64,000 nucleotides of DNA from a virus. The stretch is from IMG/VR virus record IMGVR_UViG_3300009177_000720, one strand, 5' to 3'. Every line of letters starts with the position of its first letter. Position 1 is the stretch's first letter. Positions 9,822-19,771 of this stretch are shown in pieces. The position numbers were made by a program, and so were the translations under genes. Under the pieces are notes generated by a model. That model searched no databases. It saw only the letters and a program-made list of their open reading frames with translations, and had not been told where the DNA came from.

Positions 9822-10928
9822 TTATCCCTTCAAATATTCTTCAACTAGATCAATACAAAGTTTGTCTAATTTTTCCTTGTCTGGAACTTTAGGTAGAACG
9901 TTCGTTGTGTTGTACAACTCATTCAGAGAAAGATCTTCCGTATCAGCAAACTCAATGAGCTGGTCATAAGTCCAAGCACCATTGCGAATGGCTAATAATT
10001 CTTCTCGGTCAGGTCTCTTGACGATGACTTTACCGGTTGTAAGAACTTCTCGACACATACGGATGAGTCTTACTAAGTGGTAAGCATGTTTGGTGTCATA
10101 ACCATACTTTTCTTCCAACTCAGAACGTTTAGCGTTGCGAGTCTTCTTCCAGTTTTGATACTGGTCGTATTCTCGTTTTGCGCTGGTATACTGACGCTCT
10201 TTCTGCATAATTTCAATGAAATTATCAGTGAGGCCAATTTTTCTGGCAGCAGCACCAAACTGTTCATCACCAGTGATTTTCATCTCAGCAAGCATAGAAG
10301 CCATGCTGTTACGAATTTCAATCTTAGTAGATTCTTCCAGGTTCTCCATAAAGTCAAACTGCATCCTATCCAATTCTTTCTGAACTTCAGCAAAAGCTGC
10401 CGTTAGTTGGTCTTGTGGAATGAGAGTTTGCTCGGGAAGTCCCAAATCCCCTCTGGTCGGAGGGGCAGAAGGTGGATTCATAATCCAGCGCTTATGAGTC
10501 TTGATTCTCTTAAGCTGAGAGACCGAATAGCCCAAAAAGGTATGCTTAATCTTTTTAGATAGAAAATCATCCTTATGGTCAAGAATTTTCTGACCAATTG
10601 GAGTAACTATAAAATGATCTGAAGGATCAGTGTGCAATACCTCAATGATATTAGGGTTGCAGTCGGCGGCCAAATTAAAAAACTTTCTGATGTCGTAGAC
10701 AACCGCATCGTCATCAGGAGCCTTCAATTCAGCTTGCTCAAACCTATGGGTGTATCCAAAAAAGTACTTCTTGGTTGGAATGGCTACGCCCTTGAAATCT
10801 TCATCAGAGGTTTCCGTGTTCGTACCATAGGCGTGAGAACCGTGGCGCACAAGCAAGACAGTACCCTTCTCAATCCAGTTAAGGTGAGGGCTGCGTTTCA
10901 TAATAGTTTGAATTACAGGATGCGTCAT
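9822..10928 (-). CDS. DNA pol beta-superfamily nucleotidyltransferase (RlaP/YcgL-like)
   Basis: GSHAYGTNTETSDEDFKG, NPNIIE, YDTKHAYHLVRL, LLAIRNG. Confidence 0.85.
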   Translation of the reverse strand: MTHPVIQTIMKRSPHLNWIEKGTVLLVRHGSHAYGTNTETSDEDFKGVAIPTKKYFFGYTHRFEQAELKAPDDDAVVYDIRKFFNLAADCNPNIIEVLHTDPSDHFIVTPIGQKILDHKDDFLSKKIKHTFLGYSVSQLKRIKTHKRWIMNPPSAPPTRGDLGLPEQTLIPQDQLTAAFAEVQKELDRMQFDFMENLEESTKIEIRNSMASMLAEMKITGDEQFGAAARKIGLTDNFIEIMQKERQYTSAKREYDQYQNWKKTRNAKRSELEEKYGYDTKHAYHLVRLIRMCREVLTTGKVIVKRPDREELLAIRNGAWTYDQLIEFADTEDLSLNELYNTTNVLPKVPDKEKLDKLCIDLVEEYLKG

Positions 10929-11347
10929 AATAGTCTTTCTAAATCTTCAGTGGAGACATAAATCTCTTCTGCGTACTCGGCAGCATTAATTAGTCGATAG
11001 GCAATATCTTGATTTTTGCTATACCGATAGTCAATCCAGAACGTTTCTGGTAACCAGATACCGTCTCCTCTTTCATTTTCGATAGAGTGAAGAATCTGCT
11101 CATCGGTAGGAAGTTGTCTAGCTTTATAACCAAACAATCTTGACCACCAAGAGTTTTCTCGCTTCTTTTCTCTTTCAACCAGTTCTTTTCGACGGTCATC
11201 AACCAAGCGTTGCGTTTCTCTCTTTTTACGCTTTTCGATATTGGCTAAGCTGGCTCTAGCTTTTTCAATTATAATTTTAGAATTAACTTTGACGAAAGAG
11301 CCGTCACATTTTTTATCGTACGACATTTGAGGAATAACAGTAACCAT
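10925..11347 (-). CDS. hypothetical protein
   Basis: ORF in operon. Confidence 0.65.
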   Translation of the reverse strand: MVTVIPQMSYDKKCDGSFVKVNSKIIIEKARASLANIEKRKKRETQRLVDDRRKELVEREKKRENSWWSRLFGYKARQLPTDEQILHSIENERGDGIWLPETFWIDYRYSKNQDIAYRLINAAEYAEEIYVSTEDLERLL

Positions 11348-11351
11348 TAGT

Positions 11352-11696
11352 TTAAAACTTTACAGAAGAGCCGCAGCCACAACTGCCCGTCACATTTGGG
11401 TTAATAAATTTGAATCCAGCCCCAATTGGACCATCGACCCAATCAATAGTTGTCTCATCTAAATATTGAAAAGAAAGGGGATCAATTACTACTTTAACTG
11501 TTCCATAATGGTCGGTAAACTCGGTTACCTCATCCAGCTCCCCAACCTTGTCATCGAAAGTCATATCATGGGAGAAGCCAGCACAACCGCCGCCAACCAC
11601 TCGGGCGCGCACCATATTATGTCCAATGCCCTCGGCATCAGCAATCTCAATAATTTTGATAGCAGCTTTTTCAGTTAGGTAGATCATGCGATACAC
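11352..11696 (-). CDS. HesB/IscA/ErpA family Fe-S carrier (second copy)
   Basis: GGGCAGF and NPN..SCGCGSS. Confidence 0.9.
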   Translation of the reverse strand: MYRMIYLTEKAAIKIIEIADAEGIGHNMVRARVVGGGCAGFSHDMTFDDKVGELDEVTEFTDHYGTVKVVIDPLSFQYLDETTIDWVDGPIGAGFKFINPNVTGSCGCGSSVKF

Positions 11697-11711
11697 TCTA
11701 ATTATTATAAA

Positions 11712-11930
11712 TTATTTGTCAAGGTCCCAGCCATTTTCACAGAAAGGATCTTTCTCTTCCTCGTAGATATTCTCCACGATTTCGCAAGGTGAATTGCTCC
11801 AGACCTCTAGCTCATGCACGGCAGCAATGATTCCATCCTGCATTAGCTCATCTTCTTCATCTTTTAATAAATCAACAATACGATCTATAACCTTGCACTG
11901 AAGGCTATAATCTAAATGGTTCCACAACAT
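11712..11930 (-). CDS. hypothetical acidic protein
   Basis: ORF with SD. Confidence 0.6.
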   Translation of the reverse strand: MLWNHLDYSLQCKVIDRIVDLLKDEEDELMQDGIIAAVHELEVWSNSPCEIVENIYEEEKDPFCENGWDLDK

Positions 11931-11937
11931 AATTTCC

Positions 11938-13062
11938 TCACACGAATGCAGCTAATTTTCTAAGATCCGGAAAAGCGGATAATACATATTTAATATCCGA
12001 CATCTTATTATTAGATGATAAATAAGCTAAAATCTTCTTTGGCATTATCTGGGGAATTGTTTTTAACAATCTAATTAATCTATCAGCGTTGGCTTTTTTA
12101 TGGCCAGTACTGCGGTGGTATAGCTTATCTGCATAAATAATAGCTATCTCATCAGCGACAGTCGCATCTAAATCTACCAAATTTTTAACGTTACGAAGAT
12201 GATGTTCTTCGATTATTTGATAATCACAATCAGATATTAAAGCCATTAGCTTAGGATGATGAGAGGAATTATATATTTGCTTTAAACCATTTCTAATTGT
12301 TGGGTCATTAATTATAGTAAAGAAAGCTCGACGATTCTTGTCATTATGAGCGCGTTCAACGATAATTTCAAAAGCCAATCTGATAATTGGCCGCTTGTCA
12401 AACAAAATACCCTGCTGCTCTAAAGCTAGCAGTAAATCGAAATGTCGAGCGGATTGAGTTATTTTCTTGGTAATTATTGAGGCGTACTCATCAATATCAT
12501 TGAAAACGATTGGAATAAAAGAGTTAACAATTTTGATTAATTTGTCTGTGCTTAGGTGACTCGGCATTTCCGTCAAATAATTTTTGACTGGTACTAAGCT
12601 TTCTTTTCTAAAATGCTTTACTTTACAGAATTGTAAAAATTGTAGATATTCATTATCATATTTGATATCTATAGAGAACTTGGCCCTAACGGTGCTGAAC
12701 ATCCTTTTTTGAAGATAATCTTCTACGTATTTGGCCAAAGTCTTTTCGTTAAGAGAAAGTAAAAAAGATAAACGGTCAAACCAAAATTGTTCGCCATTTT
12801 CCCAAAAAATCTCGGTTCCCTTCTTAAAACGGTCCCAGAGATAATCAAAATGGGGATCATGATTTTCTTTTAGAAGCTGCTTGAATTCAGATAGATCTAA
12901 GTCCATTCTGTCTGAAAAAAACAGAAGGTCCGTTAGTTGTCTGAATTTTGGATTTACCTTATCCAATTGGATCATCATACTCTTATCTATATCATCTCTA
13001 ACATTTGCATTTAGAGGGGGTATTAAGATTAGGCCAGAGTATCGACTGAAGCGGCTTTTCAT
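11938..13062 (-). CDS. hypothetical helical protein
   Basis: 374-aa ORF; carries the shared C-terminal motif. Confidence 0.7.
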   Translation of the reverse strand: MKSRFSRYSGLILIPPLNANVRDDIDKSMMIQLDKVNPKFRQLTDLLFFSDRMDLDLSEFKQLLKENHDPHFDYLWDRFKKGTEIFWENGEQFWFDRLSFLLSLNEKTLAKYVEDYLQKRMFSTVRAKFSIDIKYDNEYLQFLQFCKVKHFRKESLVPVKNYLTEMPSHLSTDKLIKIVNSFIPIVFNDIDEYASIITKKITQSARHFDLLLALEQQGILFDKRPIIRLAFEIIVERAHNDKNRRAFFTIINDPTIRNGLKQIYNSSHHPKLMALISDCDYQIIEEHHLRNVKNLVDLDATVADEIAIIYADKLYHRSTGHKKANADRLIRLLKTIPQIMPKKILAYLSSNNKMSDIKYVLSAFPDLRKLAAFV

Positions 13063-14186
13063 TACCAGCCTACTATATCTTTACCATCAGTTCCGGTAGA
13101 GACATAGCTGACAAAACAATGGGTTGCCCTTTCAACTTGCTGAATAAAGGGAGCAAGCTGGTCTTGATCCTTAGCGTCTTCCCATCCTGGAACCGTAATA
13201 TATTGCGGAGATGTCTCAAAGAAATCTTGAGAACAGGTGGGTGGCTTCTCATAGGCCACACACATCTTGACACGATCCATTCCATTCAAAATATCAAATT
13301 TTGTAAGAATAAGATTCGTAATCCCTCCTTTTTGACAAGCGTAATTCAAAGCTGGCAAATCTAACCAACCAACTCTACGGGGGCGACCAGTAGTCGCACC
13401 AAACTCATTACCACGCTGGCGGAGGTCTTCAGCCTCCTTGCCATGAATTTCTGTGGGGAATGGACCTTCACCAACCTTGGTAGTATAGCACTTAGCTACT
13501 CCATACACTTTTTCAGGGCGGGCAAAGGCAAATCCACTACCATAAATACCGCTAATAGTTGCATCGCTACAACTGACATATGGATAAAGGCCGTGGTTAA
13601 TATCTAATAGAACACCCTGAGCGCCCTCAAATAAGAGGGAAGAGCTTTCCATTTCACGACGTAACTCAAGCACACCTTTAAAACGTGTACCCATCTTTTT
13701 AATTTCTTCAATCCAATGCCTTTGTTCTGAGGCCCCGTTCATAAGGTCCCTGATACGCAACCCATGACGAGAAATCTTATCCCTATAAGCTGGTCCAATA
13801 CCACGGTTGGTTGAACCAATATGACCATTGGTCTGCTTATCTTCTTCTTTATGAGAGGGTAATACTACAAAAGCATCAGGATCAATATAAACTCTAGATG
13901 GAAGGGCAGAGTTGACATTCCAAAGTAAAGCTACTTCTTTATGTAATTGTTCTAAATCAATTACCATTCCTGAGCCAAGGAATGCTTTTGTTTCATCTCG
14001 GCGCCAATCGAAGGATGGCATAAGATTATGTACGTACTTGACACCATCTCTATAAATAGTGTGGCCAGCGTTGGCACCACCATTAAAACGAATCACCCAA
14101 TCAAAGGTAGAAGATAAACGGTGAGTAATATGACCTTTACCTTCATCTCCCCACATAGCGCCTAAAACAGCAATAGAGTAACTCAT
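13062..14186 (-). CDS. purA: adenylosuccinate synthetase
   Basis: WGDEGKG, GGANAGHT, GIGPAY, EGAQG, GATTGRPRRVGWLD. Confidence 0.95.
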   Translation of the reverse strand: MSYSIAVLGAMWGDEGKGHITHRLSSTFDWVIRFNGGANAGHTIYRDGVKYVHNLMPSFDWRRDETKAFLGSGMVIDLEQLHKEVALLWNVNSALPSRVYIDPDAFVVLPSHKEEDKQTNGHIGSTNRGIGPAYRDKISRHGLRIRDLMNGASEQRHWIEEIKKMGTRFKGVLELRREMESSSLLFEGAQGVLLDINHGLYPYVSCSDATISGIYGSGFAFARPEKVYGVAKCYTTKVGEGPFPTEIHGKEAEDLRQRGNEFGATTGRPRRVGWLDLPALNYACQKGGITNLILTKFDILNGMDRVKMCVAYEKPPTCSQDFFETSPQYITVPGWEDAKDQDQLAPFIQQVERATHCFVSYVSTGTDGKDIVGW

Positions 14187-14196
14187 AAATGACCTC

Positions 14197-14242
14197 AAAA
14201 GCGAAAAGCCCGCAGTGACTTTATATCCATCACTGCGGGCTT
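14197..14242 (-). terminator. intrinsic terminator after rIIB
   Basis: 13-bp inverted repeat AAGCCCGCAGTGA/TCACTGCGGGCTT followed by a U-rich tract on the minus strand. Confidence 0.75.
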
Positions 14243-14259
14243 CTATTTAAGAATGATTA

Positions 14260-15207
14260 TCAGTCGAGTTCCTCATCCCAAGGATACTCGTCCTCATCCT
14301 CTTCCTCTTCATCTTCTTCCTCTTCATCGAGATTGTCTTCACAATCCTGACAGACATCATAACCTTCCTCACACTCGCCGCCACACTCGGCGCATTCGTG
14401 GAAGCCGTCATCCTCTTCTTCTTCCTCTTCGCAATCATCTTCGTCATGATGAGAACAACACGGACTGGTAACTCGCAAGGAAAGATCAGAAGAATGCTCT
14501 CTGTCTACCGCGCCAAGCACCTTATACTTACACACGCGCATCTTTGCCTGATCGTAGTCAACCGGAATGGAAACTACGTCAGCCGGATTGACTTCACATT
14601 CCAGCATGATGCCGCCACTATAGAACTGGCTGGCATAGGAGTAATTGGCGACATGCAAGCCATAGCTGCAAGTTTGCGCAGAGTCTTCATTGACTTGGTT
14701 ACGTGGCATTTCAATCACGTTACCTGGCGAGTTATCGAAGGTACCGGAGTGAACGTCCATGTAATCATTGCGAACCTTCTTGTAAGCAATGAAACATCCA
14801 TTTTCGGTAATAGGGTGATCATTCTTCTCCAAGAATTGGAAAAGCTCATTCACTGCTCGGTAAGACGGATTCTTCTGAAGATTTTCTGCAAACTTCACAA
14901 GGGGCTCGCTTGGCAGCCCTTCTGCCTGGAATTTAAGAATCTTCCTGCTGAGAAGGTCCGGCACTGGCATTCCATTGATGTGAACGCGACCGTCCACAAC
15001 TTTGAATTCTCCCTTTCCGAACTTTTCGATCTTCTGCTTTGTAGCAGTAATCATATCGAAAATTTCGTCACGCCTTCCTTCCCTTAATGCTTTGATGACT
15101 TCATCAGCCAAAGCATCCGTACGAGATACGATATGGGTTTGCCCATTTTCGAAATTGAGTGTTACGTTATTATCCGTAATACCATGTGCTCTTAATTTGT
15201 TAGACAT
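14260..15207 (-). CDS. rIIB: rIIB-like protein
   Basis: FIAYKKVR, MPRNQV, CSYGLH, V.P.DVVSIP.DY...KMRVCKY; acidic tail; follows rIIA. Confidence 0.85.
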   Translation of the reverse strand: MSNKLRAHGITDNNVTLNFENGQTHIVSRTDALADEVIKALREGRRDEIFDMITATKQKIEKFGKGEFKVVDGRVHINGMPVPDLLSRKILKFQAEGLPSEPLVKFAENLQKNPSYRAVNELFQFLEKNDHPITENGCFIAYKKVRNDYMDVHSGTFDNSPGNVIEMPRNQVNEDSAQTCSYGLHVANYSYASQFYSGGIMLECEVNPADVVSIPVDYDQAKMRVCKYKVLGAVDREHSSDLSLRVTSPCCSHHDEDDCEEEEEEDDGFHECAECGGECEEGYDVCQDCEDNLDEEEEDEEEEDEDEYPWDEELD

Positions 15208-17305
15208 TTTTCTCTCCTAGCTTTTCATCAATCATGTTAATATAACTGGCCACCGGCTCAACAAGTCCCTGGAAATTGTAAGTGTTCAAATGTTCCAGCA
15301 GCGGATATCGTTTGTGAAACTTCTTGTTAATAGCTTCAATATCATATTCGGGATGATCCTTTGCAAATTTGGCCAGATCAGCATCCGAAATATCTCCATT
15401 GACAGCTTCATAAATATGCAATAAGCCCAAATCCGCTTGGCAAATTTGCCTAACCTTATTGTGTAGAACGAATCTCTGAATGTAGAGACTGTCAGGATCA
15501 GACACACGCGGCTTCACCTGCGGGTACGTGCGCAACATTCGGTCATCTATATCGTGTCGATGAGAAGTCGCAAACTTAATTTCGAGATAATTAATCGTCT
15601 TTGTATGAAGAATATTATCTCGAATAAAGTCTTCAATGTCTTCAAAGTCTGAAAAATCTTCCGCAATTCGATCGGCTGGAGCGCTCGAATCTACTCCATA
15701 GAATGAATAAGCGGGGAACTTTTCCGCCAGATTTCGCAAACTACTCAAATCAAGATACTTCTTGTTCTTGAGGATAGGATGACGAGTGTTCGGATAAGAA
15801 TCCTTTGACAACTGACAAAGAACCTTTTTCGTGGCGTCATCCTCGATAGATGCGTAGCTAACCTGTCGGAAGGCAGTCGCCTGCTTATCAAACTTGAAAA
15901 CAATCAAGCGGGAAGCGGCAGGTGTATAAGCACGTGCAGATGCCTTCGTAATAGAAGACATAAACTGCGGATCCATCTTATCCAAATGAATAGTAGAATT
16001 CAATTTGTCAAGAGGGAACTTGTCGTTCGGACAGACCACATGTAGCGACTTCAGCTTCGGATTATCATCAAAAGCCTTTTTGACATGTCGGGGCGTTGGC
16101 TCTTTGATCGGCAAGTCATTGATGAAAAGGGCCGCATTCTCTTCAAAAGGAAGATGATTATTCAAACGACGGGTTAGCTTGTTAGGATCTAAGCCGTGTT
16201 TACGAGAGTGCTTGCCCTTGCTGAAAGTATACACCGAACAATTGGTGTAGACATAAGAATCTTGCAATTGGATGCCGCGCCAAGACAACTTACCAAGAAA
16301 GTCAATGTTGCTGAAAGCAGTACGCAATTCAGCACGATAATAAATGTTGGCAAGCCAAAGGTTGTCAAACAACTCAATCTTGTCAACTACCCTCTTACGA
16401 ATTTCTTTTTCGATTCCATCCAGACGCTCTCGAATAACCTTCTGAGTGCGCTCATCGAGGTAAACTTGCTCACGACTGGCAGAGAGACTCAGCTCTCCAA
16501 CACCAAAGTACATAACGATGTTACCCTTGGCAGCATCGATGAGTTTACCATCAGCATACTTACGAAGGGCATCAATATCCACAGGATATTCAATGCCGTC
16601 AACAATCATCTTAACTGAACGATTGTAATAATCATTCGAAGAAGTGATGGCCCACTTGTCTCCACTTAGGATGACAGTGGGATTCTTCCAATAGATGTCG
16701 CCACCTTTAATGATCGGCTTGACATCCCAATGACGACAAGCCTGCTCGGTCCAATTGATAAAATCACTAAAGTTCTTGGGAAGAACTGGAATAATAATCT
16801 CGGTCCCATTCTTTTCCTTGGTAGGAGTAGAAGAGGCGAGCATCAACTTACCAACTTTGGTTTCATCAATAAAACAGTTATAGTTATATTGAATACCTTC
16901 ATGAACGGTAATAATACTAAATGAATCGGAATAAGAGAAAGGAGTCTTAGCGCCTAGACCGAACCCACCAGTCTGAACGTTGTCTTCTCTCTTAGTGCTA
17001 GCCGTATATTTGATAAAAATGTTGGACATACGGTCTGGGCTAATGCCTGGTCCGAAATCCTTCACCTTGTAGTAAGGCTCTAGCGTGTTAGGCAAATGAA
17101 TGTGAACCGGAACTTCTGTAGCTCCAACTTCACGATGAGCGTCTCGTGCATTACACGAAATCTCACGACAAATAGCGAGAATGGGATTCGAATACATCTT
17201 GTTGCGCAAGATGTCGAAAATCATTCCCTGATCTTGGATGGAAAAGAACTGTTCCTCCAGCTCTCCCGACATCTCAAGATATGGCTTTGTCTCATTAAGT
17301 TTCAT
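15200..17305 (-). CDS. rIIA: rIIA-like protein (GHKL/HATPase N-terminal domain)
   Basis: MYSNPILAICREISCNARDAH, DFGPGIS, STK, GGFGLGAKTPFSY. Confidence 0.85.
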   Translation of the reverse strand: MKLNETKPYLEMSGELEEQFFSIQDQGMIFDILRNKMYSNPILAICREISCNARDAHREVGATEVPVHIHLPNTLEPYYKVKDFGPGISPDRMSNIFIKYTASTKREDNVQTGGFGLGAKTPFSYSDSFSIITVHEGIQYNYNCFIDETKVGKLMLASSTPTKEKNGTEIIIPVLPKNFSDFINWTEQACRHWDVKPIIKGGDIYWKNPTVILSGDKWAITSSNDYYNRSVKMIVDGIEYPVDIDALRKYADGKLIDAAKGNIVMYFGVGELSLSASREQVYLDERTQKVIRERLDGIEKEIRKRVVDKIELFDNLWLANIYYRAELRTAFSNIDFLGKLSWRGIQLQDSYVYTNCSVYTFSKGKHSRKHGLDPNKLTRRLNNHLPFEENAALFINDLPIKEPTPRHVKKAFDDNPKLKSLHVVCPNDKFPLDKLNSTIHLDKMDPQFMSSITKASARAYTPAASRLIVFKFDKQATAFRQVSYASIEDDATKKVLCQLSKDSYPNTRHPILKNKKYLDLSSLRNLAEKFPAYSFYGVDSSAPADRIAEDFSDFEDIEDFIRDNILHTKTINYLEIKFATSHRHDIDDRMLRTYPQVKPRVSDPDSLYIQRFVLHNKVRQICQADLGLLHIYEAVNGDISDADLAKFAKDHPEYDIEAINKKFHKRYPLLEHLNTYNFQGLVEPVASYINMIDEKLGEKNV

Positions 17306-17354
17306 TTGCTATTCCTTGGGGTTTGGGTGCGGCCAATCCGCTCCCGACCCCACT

Positions 17355-17382
17355 ACCATAAGTTTTGGAATATAAAAGTCAA
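17355..17382 (-). promoter_or_regulatory. sigma70-like promoter TTGACT-N16-TATGGT
   Basis: Intergenic, upstream of rIIA. Confidence 0.6.
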
Positions 17383-17391
17383 CTCTCGACT

Positions 17392-17772
17392 TTATTTTAT
17401 AAATTTGACGGCAACGCCAATTCTTGACAGGAGAACTTTGGTTCTTTTGGACGGTTCTTTGGTCATAAACCCCTTGCCACGTCCTTCAGAATAATTAATG
17501 GGAGTATGGAATTGACTTGCGGTCAAATCTAGAATCTGGCCCGTCTCATGCTTTAAATACCAATGAGAGCGACCTATGTGCTTGATATGGTGAGGTGTCC
17601 AACCACTCTCTTTACCGCCCAATAAATGGTAAGCGGCTTCACTTACTACATAGCAGTGACCAAAAGTGCATGGCAAGTTAGGATTCCCTTTTCTCATCTC
17701 TCGATGAGTCTTATCCAAAAGATCATCACTCAAATTACCATGGATCAAAGTCCGAAACACTTCCCAGTTCAT
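17392..17772 (-). CDS. hypothetical phage protein
   Basis: ORF with GHCYVVSEA, HWYL, DLTASQF. Confidence 0.7.
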   Translation of the reverse strand: MNWEVFRTLIHGNLSDDLLDKTHREMRKGNPNLPCTFGHCYVVSEAAYHLLGGKESGWTPHHIKHIGRSHWYLKHETGQILDLTASQFHTPINYSEGRGKGFMTKEPSKRTKVLLSRIGVAVKFIK

Positions 17773-17781
17773 GAAATCACC

Positions 17782-18348
17782 TTACTTAATGTGGCTAACA
17801 AAATCGCCTATTGAGTGCCAGAGGAAAAAATTATCTGATTGAAAATGATGATGGTGATGGATAACCAACCACACAATTGGGAATAAGAAAGCCAAATGAA
17901 TAATTTGATCAATGGCAATCATCAGAATTTTTCCCATTGGGGTTTGTACCCACTCTACGAAACCTCGTTCTGCATCTGGTGCGTGTACTCTAACAGCTAC
18001 AGTGCCATCAGTACGGGTATAGGTTTCCTTCCAAGGTTCCGTCATCTCAGGCGGCTTACGAATGTACTTGGCCCAAAGGAAAACTGGAGTATAGGTATCT
18101 TCATAGAAATGAGACCAGAACAAAATATTGGCAGCGACTAACCACTCCCACCAATAGAGGCCAAAAGCCCAGAATAGTGGGGCGAATCCAAGAGTATAAA
18201 TTGCGCAGTGCTTGGCACGAATCCAGGGGCGATTGTGCTTGACCATGGCCTCTGAGTGGCTCTGGAAAATCCAATCCACGAAAAAATGCACAAAAGCTAA
18301 TACTGCAAACAATCCGCCCGCAATAGCAATCTCAATCGTTAGTCCCAT
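17782..18348 (-). CDS. DUF3307-like membrane protein
   Basis: HFFVDWIFQ, H..IY, SHFYED, DQIIH histidine motifs. Confidence 0.7.
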   Translation of the reverse strand: MGLTIEIAIAGGLFAVLAFVHFFVDWIFQSHSEAMVKHNRPWIRAKHCAIYTLGFAPLFWAFGLYWWEWLVAANILFWSHFYEDTYTPVFLWAKYIRKPPEMTEPWKETYTRTDGTVAVRVHAPDAERGFVEWVQTPMGKILMIAIDQIIHLAFLFPIVWLVIHHHHHFQSDNFFLWHSIGDFVSHIK

Positions 18349-18640
18349 TTGACTTTCTCCAATACTTAGTCTTACCTAGCTTCTTTTGATACACATCAAT
18401 GATGTTCTTGAACACATCTTGCATGTCATCAAAATCCATATGAATATCTAATTGAAACGAAAAGATTACTTTTCGCTTCCGAAAAACTTTCTTAACAACC
18501 ACAAAGGTAGTGCCAGGATATTCGGAGGCTAACTTAATAGCAGCTTTTATCGCATTGACTCTTTTGTTAAAGATATCAAAATGATCGCCCTTTACGCTCT
18601 CAACTGCATAGCGTGGCGTAGCGATAGTAAATGGTTTCAT
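18332..18640 (-). CDS. hypothetical protein
   Basis: ORF. Confidence 0.6.
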   Translation of the reverse strand: MKPFTIATPRYAVESVKGDHFDIFNKRVNAIKAAIKLASEYPGTTFVVVKKVFRKRKVIFSFQLDIHMDFDDMQDVFKNIIDVYQKKLGKTKYWRKSNGTND

Positions 18641-18717
18641 GAATTACTGGTCTTTAGATAAATTACAGAATAAACCAATTGTGAGTAACACGTCTAATAT
18701 GATAAAGCCGGTCATAG

Positions 18718-19182
18718 TCATTGTATCCTAGACACATACTTGGCAAGTTTATTAGTCTCTCTCCTAATAAAACTGAAGTCCTTGTAGGTCTGTCCTGATA
18801 ACATTTTATCCATATCTGGATCATTCTTTAAAAGCGGCATCAGATCCCCACCATGAGAAGTCTCGATACCTAACAACCACAAACCTTTTGCTTCTTCCTT
18901 GTATCTACTTGGCAATTTACCAGCAGTGCAGATGCCACCATACACAGATAAGAAAGCATCTATCATTGCTGGCTCCCTTAGAATTTCCTCAATCTTCTTA
19001 CCGAAGAAAGAATGAGTTGAGCTAACTCCTACAAACCCTTTCCAAACACCTAGAGACATATCTCTAATAGCTAAGCAGGGTAACCCAGAATTATACCACC
19101 TACAGTAGTCTGGCTCATTAAGCCACTTGCCAGGTGGAAAATTACTTTTATTGTAAAATGCGAGGAAGACTACATTATTCAC
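18718..19182 (-). CDS. hypothetical phage protein
   Basis: ORF; start probably GTG at 19182, downstream of the promoter at 19202-19229. Confidence 0.6.
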   Translation of the reverse strand: MNNVVFLAFYNKSNFPPGKWLNEPDYCRWYNSGLPCLAIRDMSLGVWKGFVGVSSTHSFFGKKIEEILREPAMIDAFLSVYGGICTAGKLPSRYKEEAKGLWLLGIETSHGGDLMPLLKNDPDMDKMLSGQTYKDFSFIRRETNKLAKYVSRIQ

Positions 19183-19201
19183 TCTTATGAATATAACACG
19201 G

Positions 19202-19229
19202 AATATAAGGCGTAGCCCGAGCTTGTCAA
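19202..19229 (-). promoter_or_regulatory. sigma70-like promoter TTGACA-N16-TATATT
   Basis: Near-consensus hexamers. Confidence 0.65.
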
Positions 19230-19282
19230 GAGGTATAATTTTTAGGATTAACGATAGCAATAACCCAACTGTCGGTAGACGT

Positions 19283-19771
19283 TCAGGAATACAACATATA
19301 CAGTTTTAATTTGGGAACTTGCCGCACTATCTGTGGATAGTGTTCAGCCACTCTAATGAAAGAGAGTTTGACGCTAGAAGGCAAAGCATCCAATAAAGGT
19401 TGAATAAGATTGGGATGATGACGGAAAATGTAATTATACATATCCTCTAAAAACATTTCTGAATGCTTTCCAAGGAATTCTGCATATCTGGCTAATCTAC
19501 GAATAATCTTCGTACGTTTTGATTTGCCACGACCAGATCTAAAACGATCTAATTGATCGTAGTAGTAATTAATGTGAAGCTTGCCATAATGGCTCTCAAA
19601 GATTAAATCTTGAAACAATTCAAAATCATCTAAGTTATTAGGCGATATGTCTGGATCAAAAAGAAACTGAGTTATGTACGCATAGTACTCAGTTCTGCTT
19701 TGAGAACGACAAAAGGCACCAATATACATTTGATGCCTTTTATGCTCACTTTTAGGAACGTACTCACTCAT
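19283..19771 (-). CDS. hypothetical protein
   Basis: ORF coupled to the VWA gene; carries the shared C-terminal motif. Confidence 0.65.
   Translation of the reverse strand: MSEYVPKSEHKRHQMYIGAFCRSQSRTEYYAYITQFLFDPDISPNNLDDFELFQDLIFESHYGKLHINYYYDQLDRFRSGRGKSKRTKIIRRLARYAEFLGKHSEMFLEDMYNYIFRHHPNLIQPLLDALPSSVKLSFIRVAEHYPQIVRQVPKLKLYMLYS

Noticed and set aside
13062-14186. PurZ (2-aminoadenine Z-genome pathway)
   Set aside because: The protein keeps the canonical PurA GDEGKG aspartate, where PurZ has Ser; no clear DatZ/MazZ neighbours
14398-15087. 229-aa plus-strand ORF and similar antisense ORFs (e.g. 34388, 35664, 36192, 56356)
   Set aside because: Fully overlap well-supported minus-strand genes; explained by codon bias
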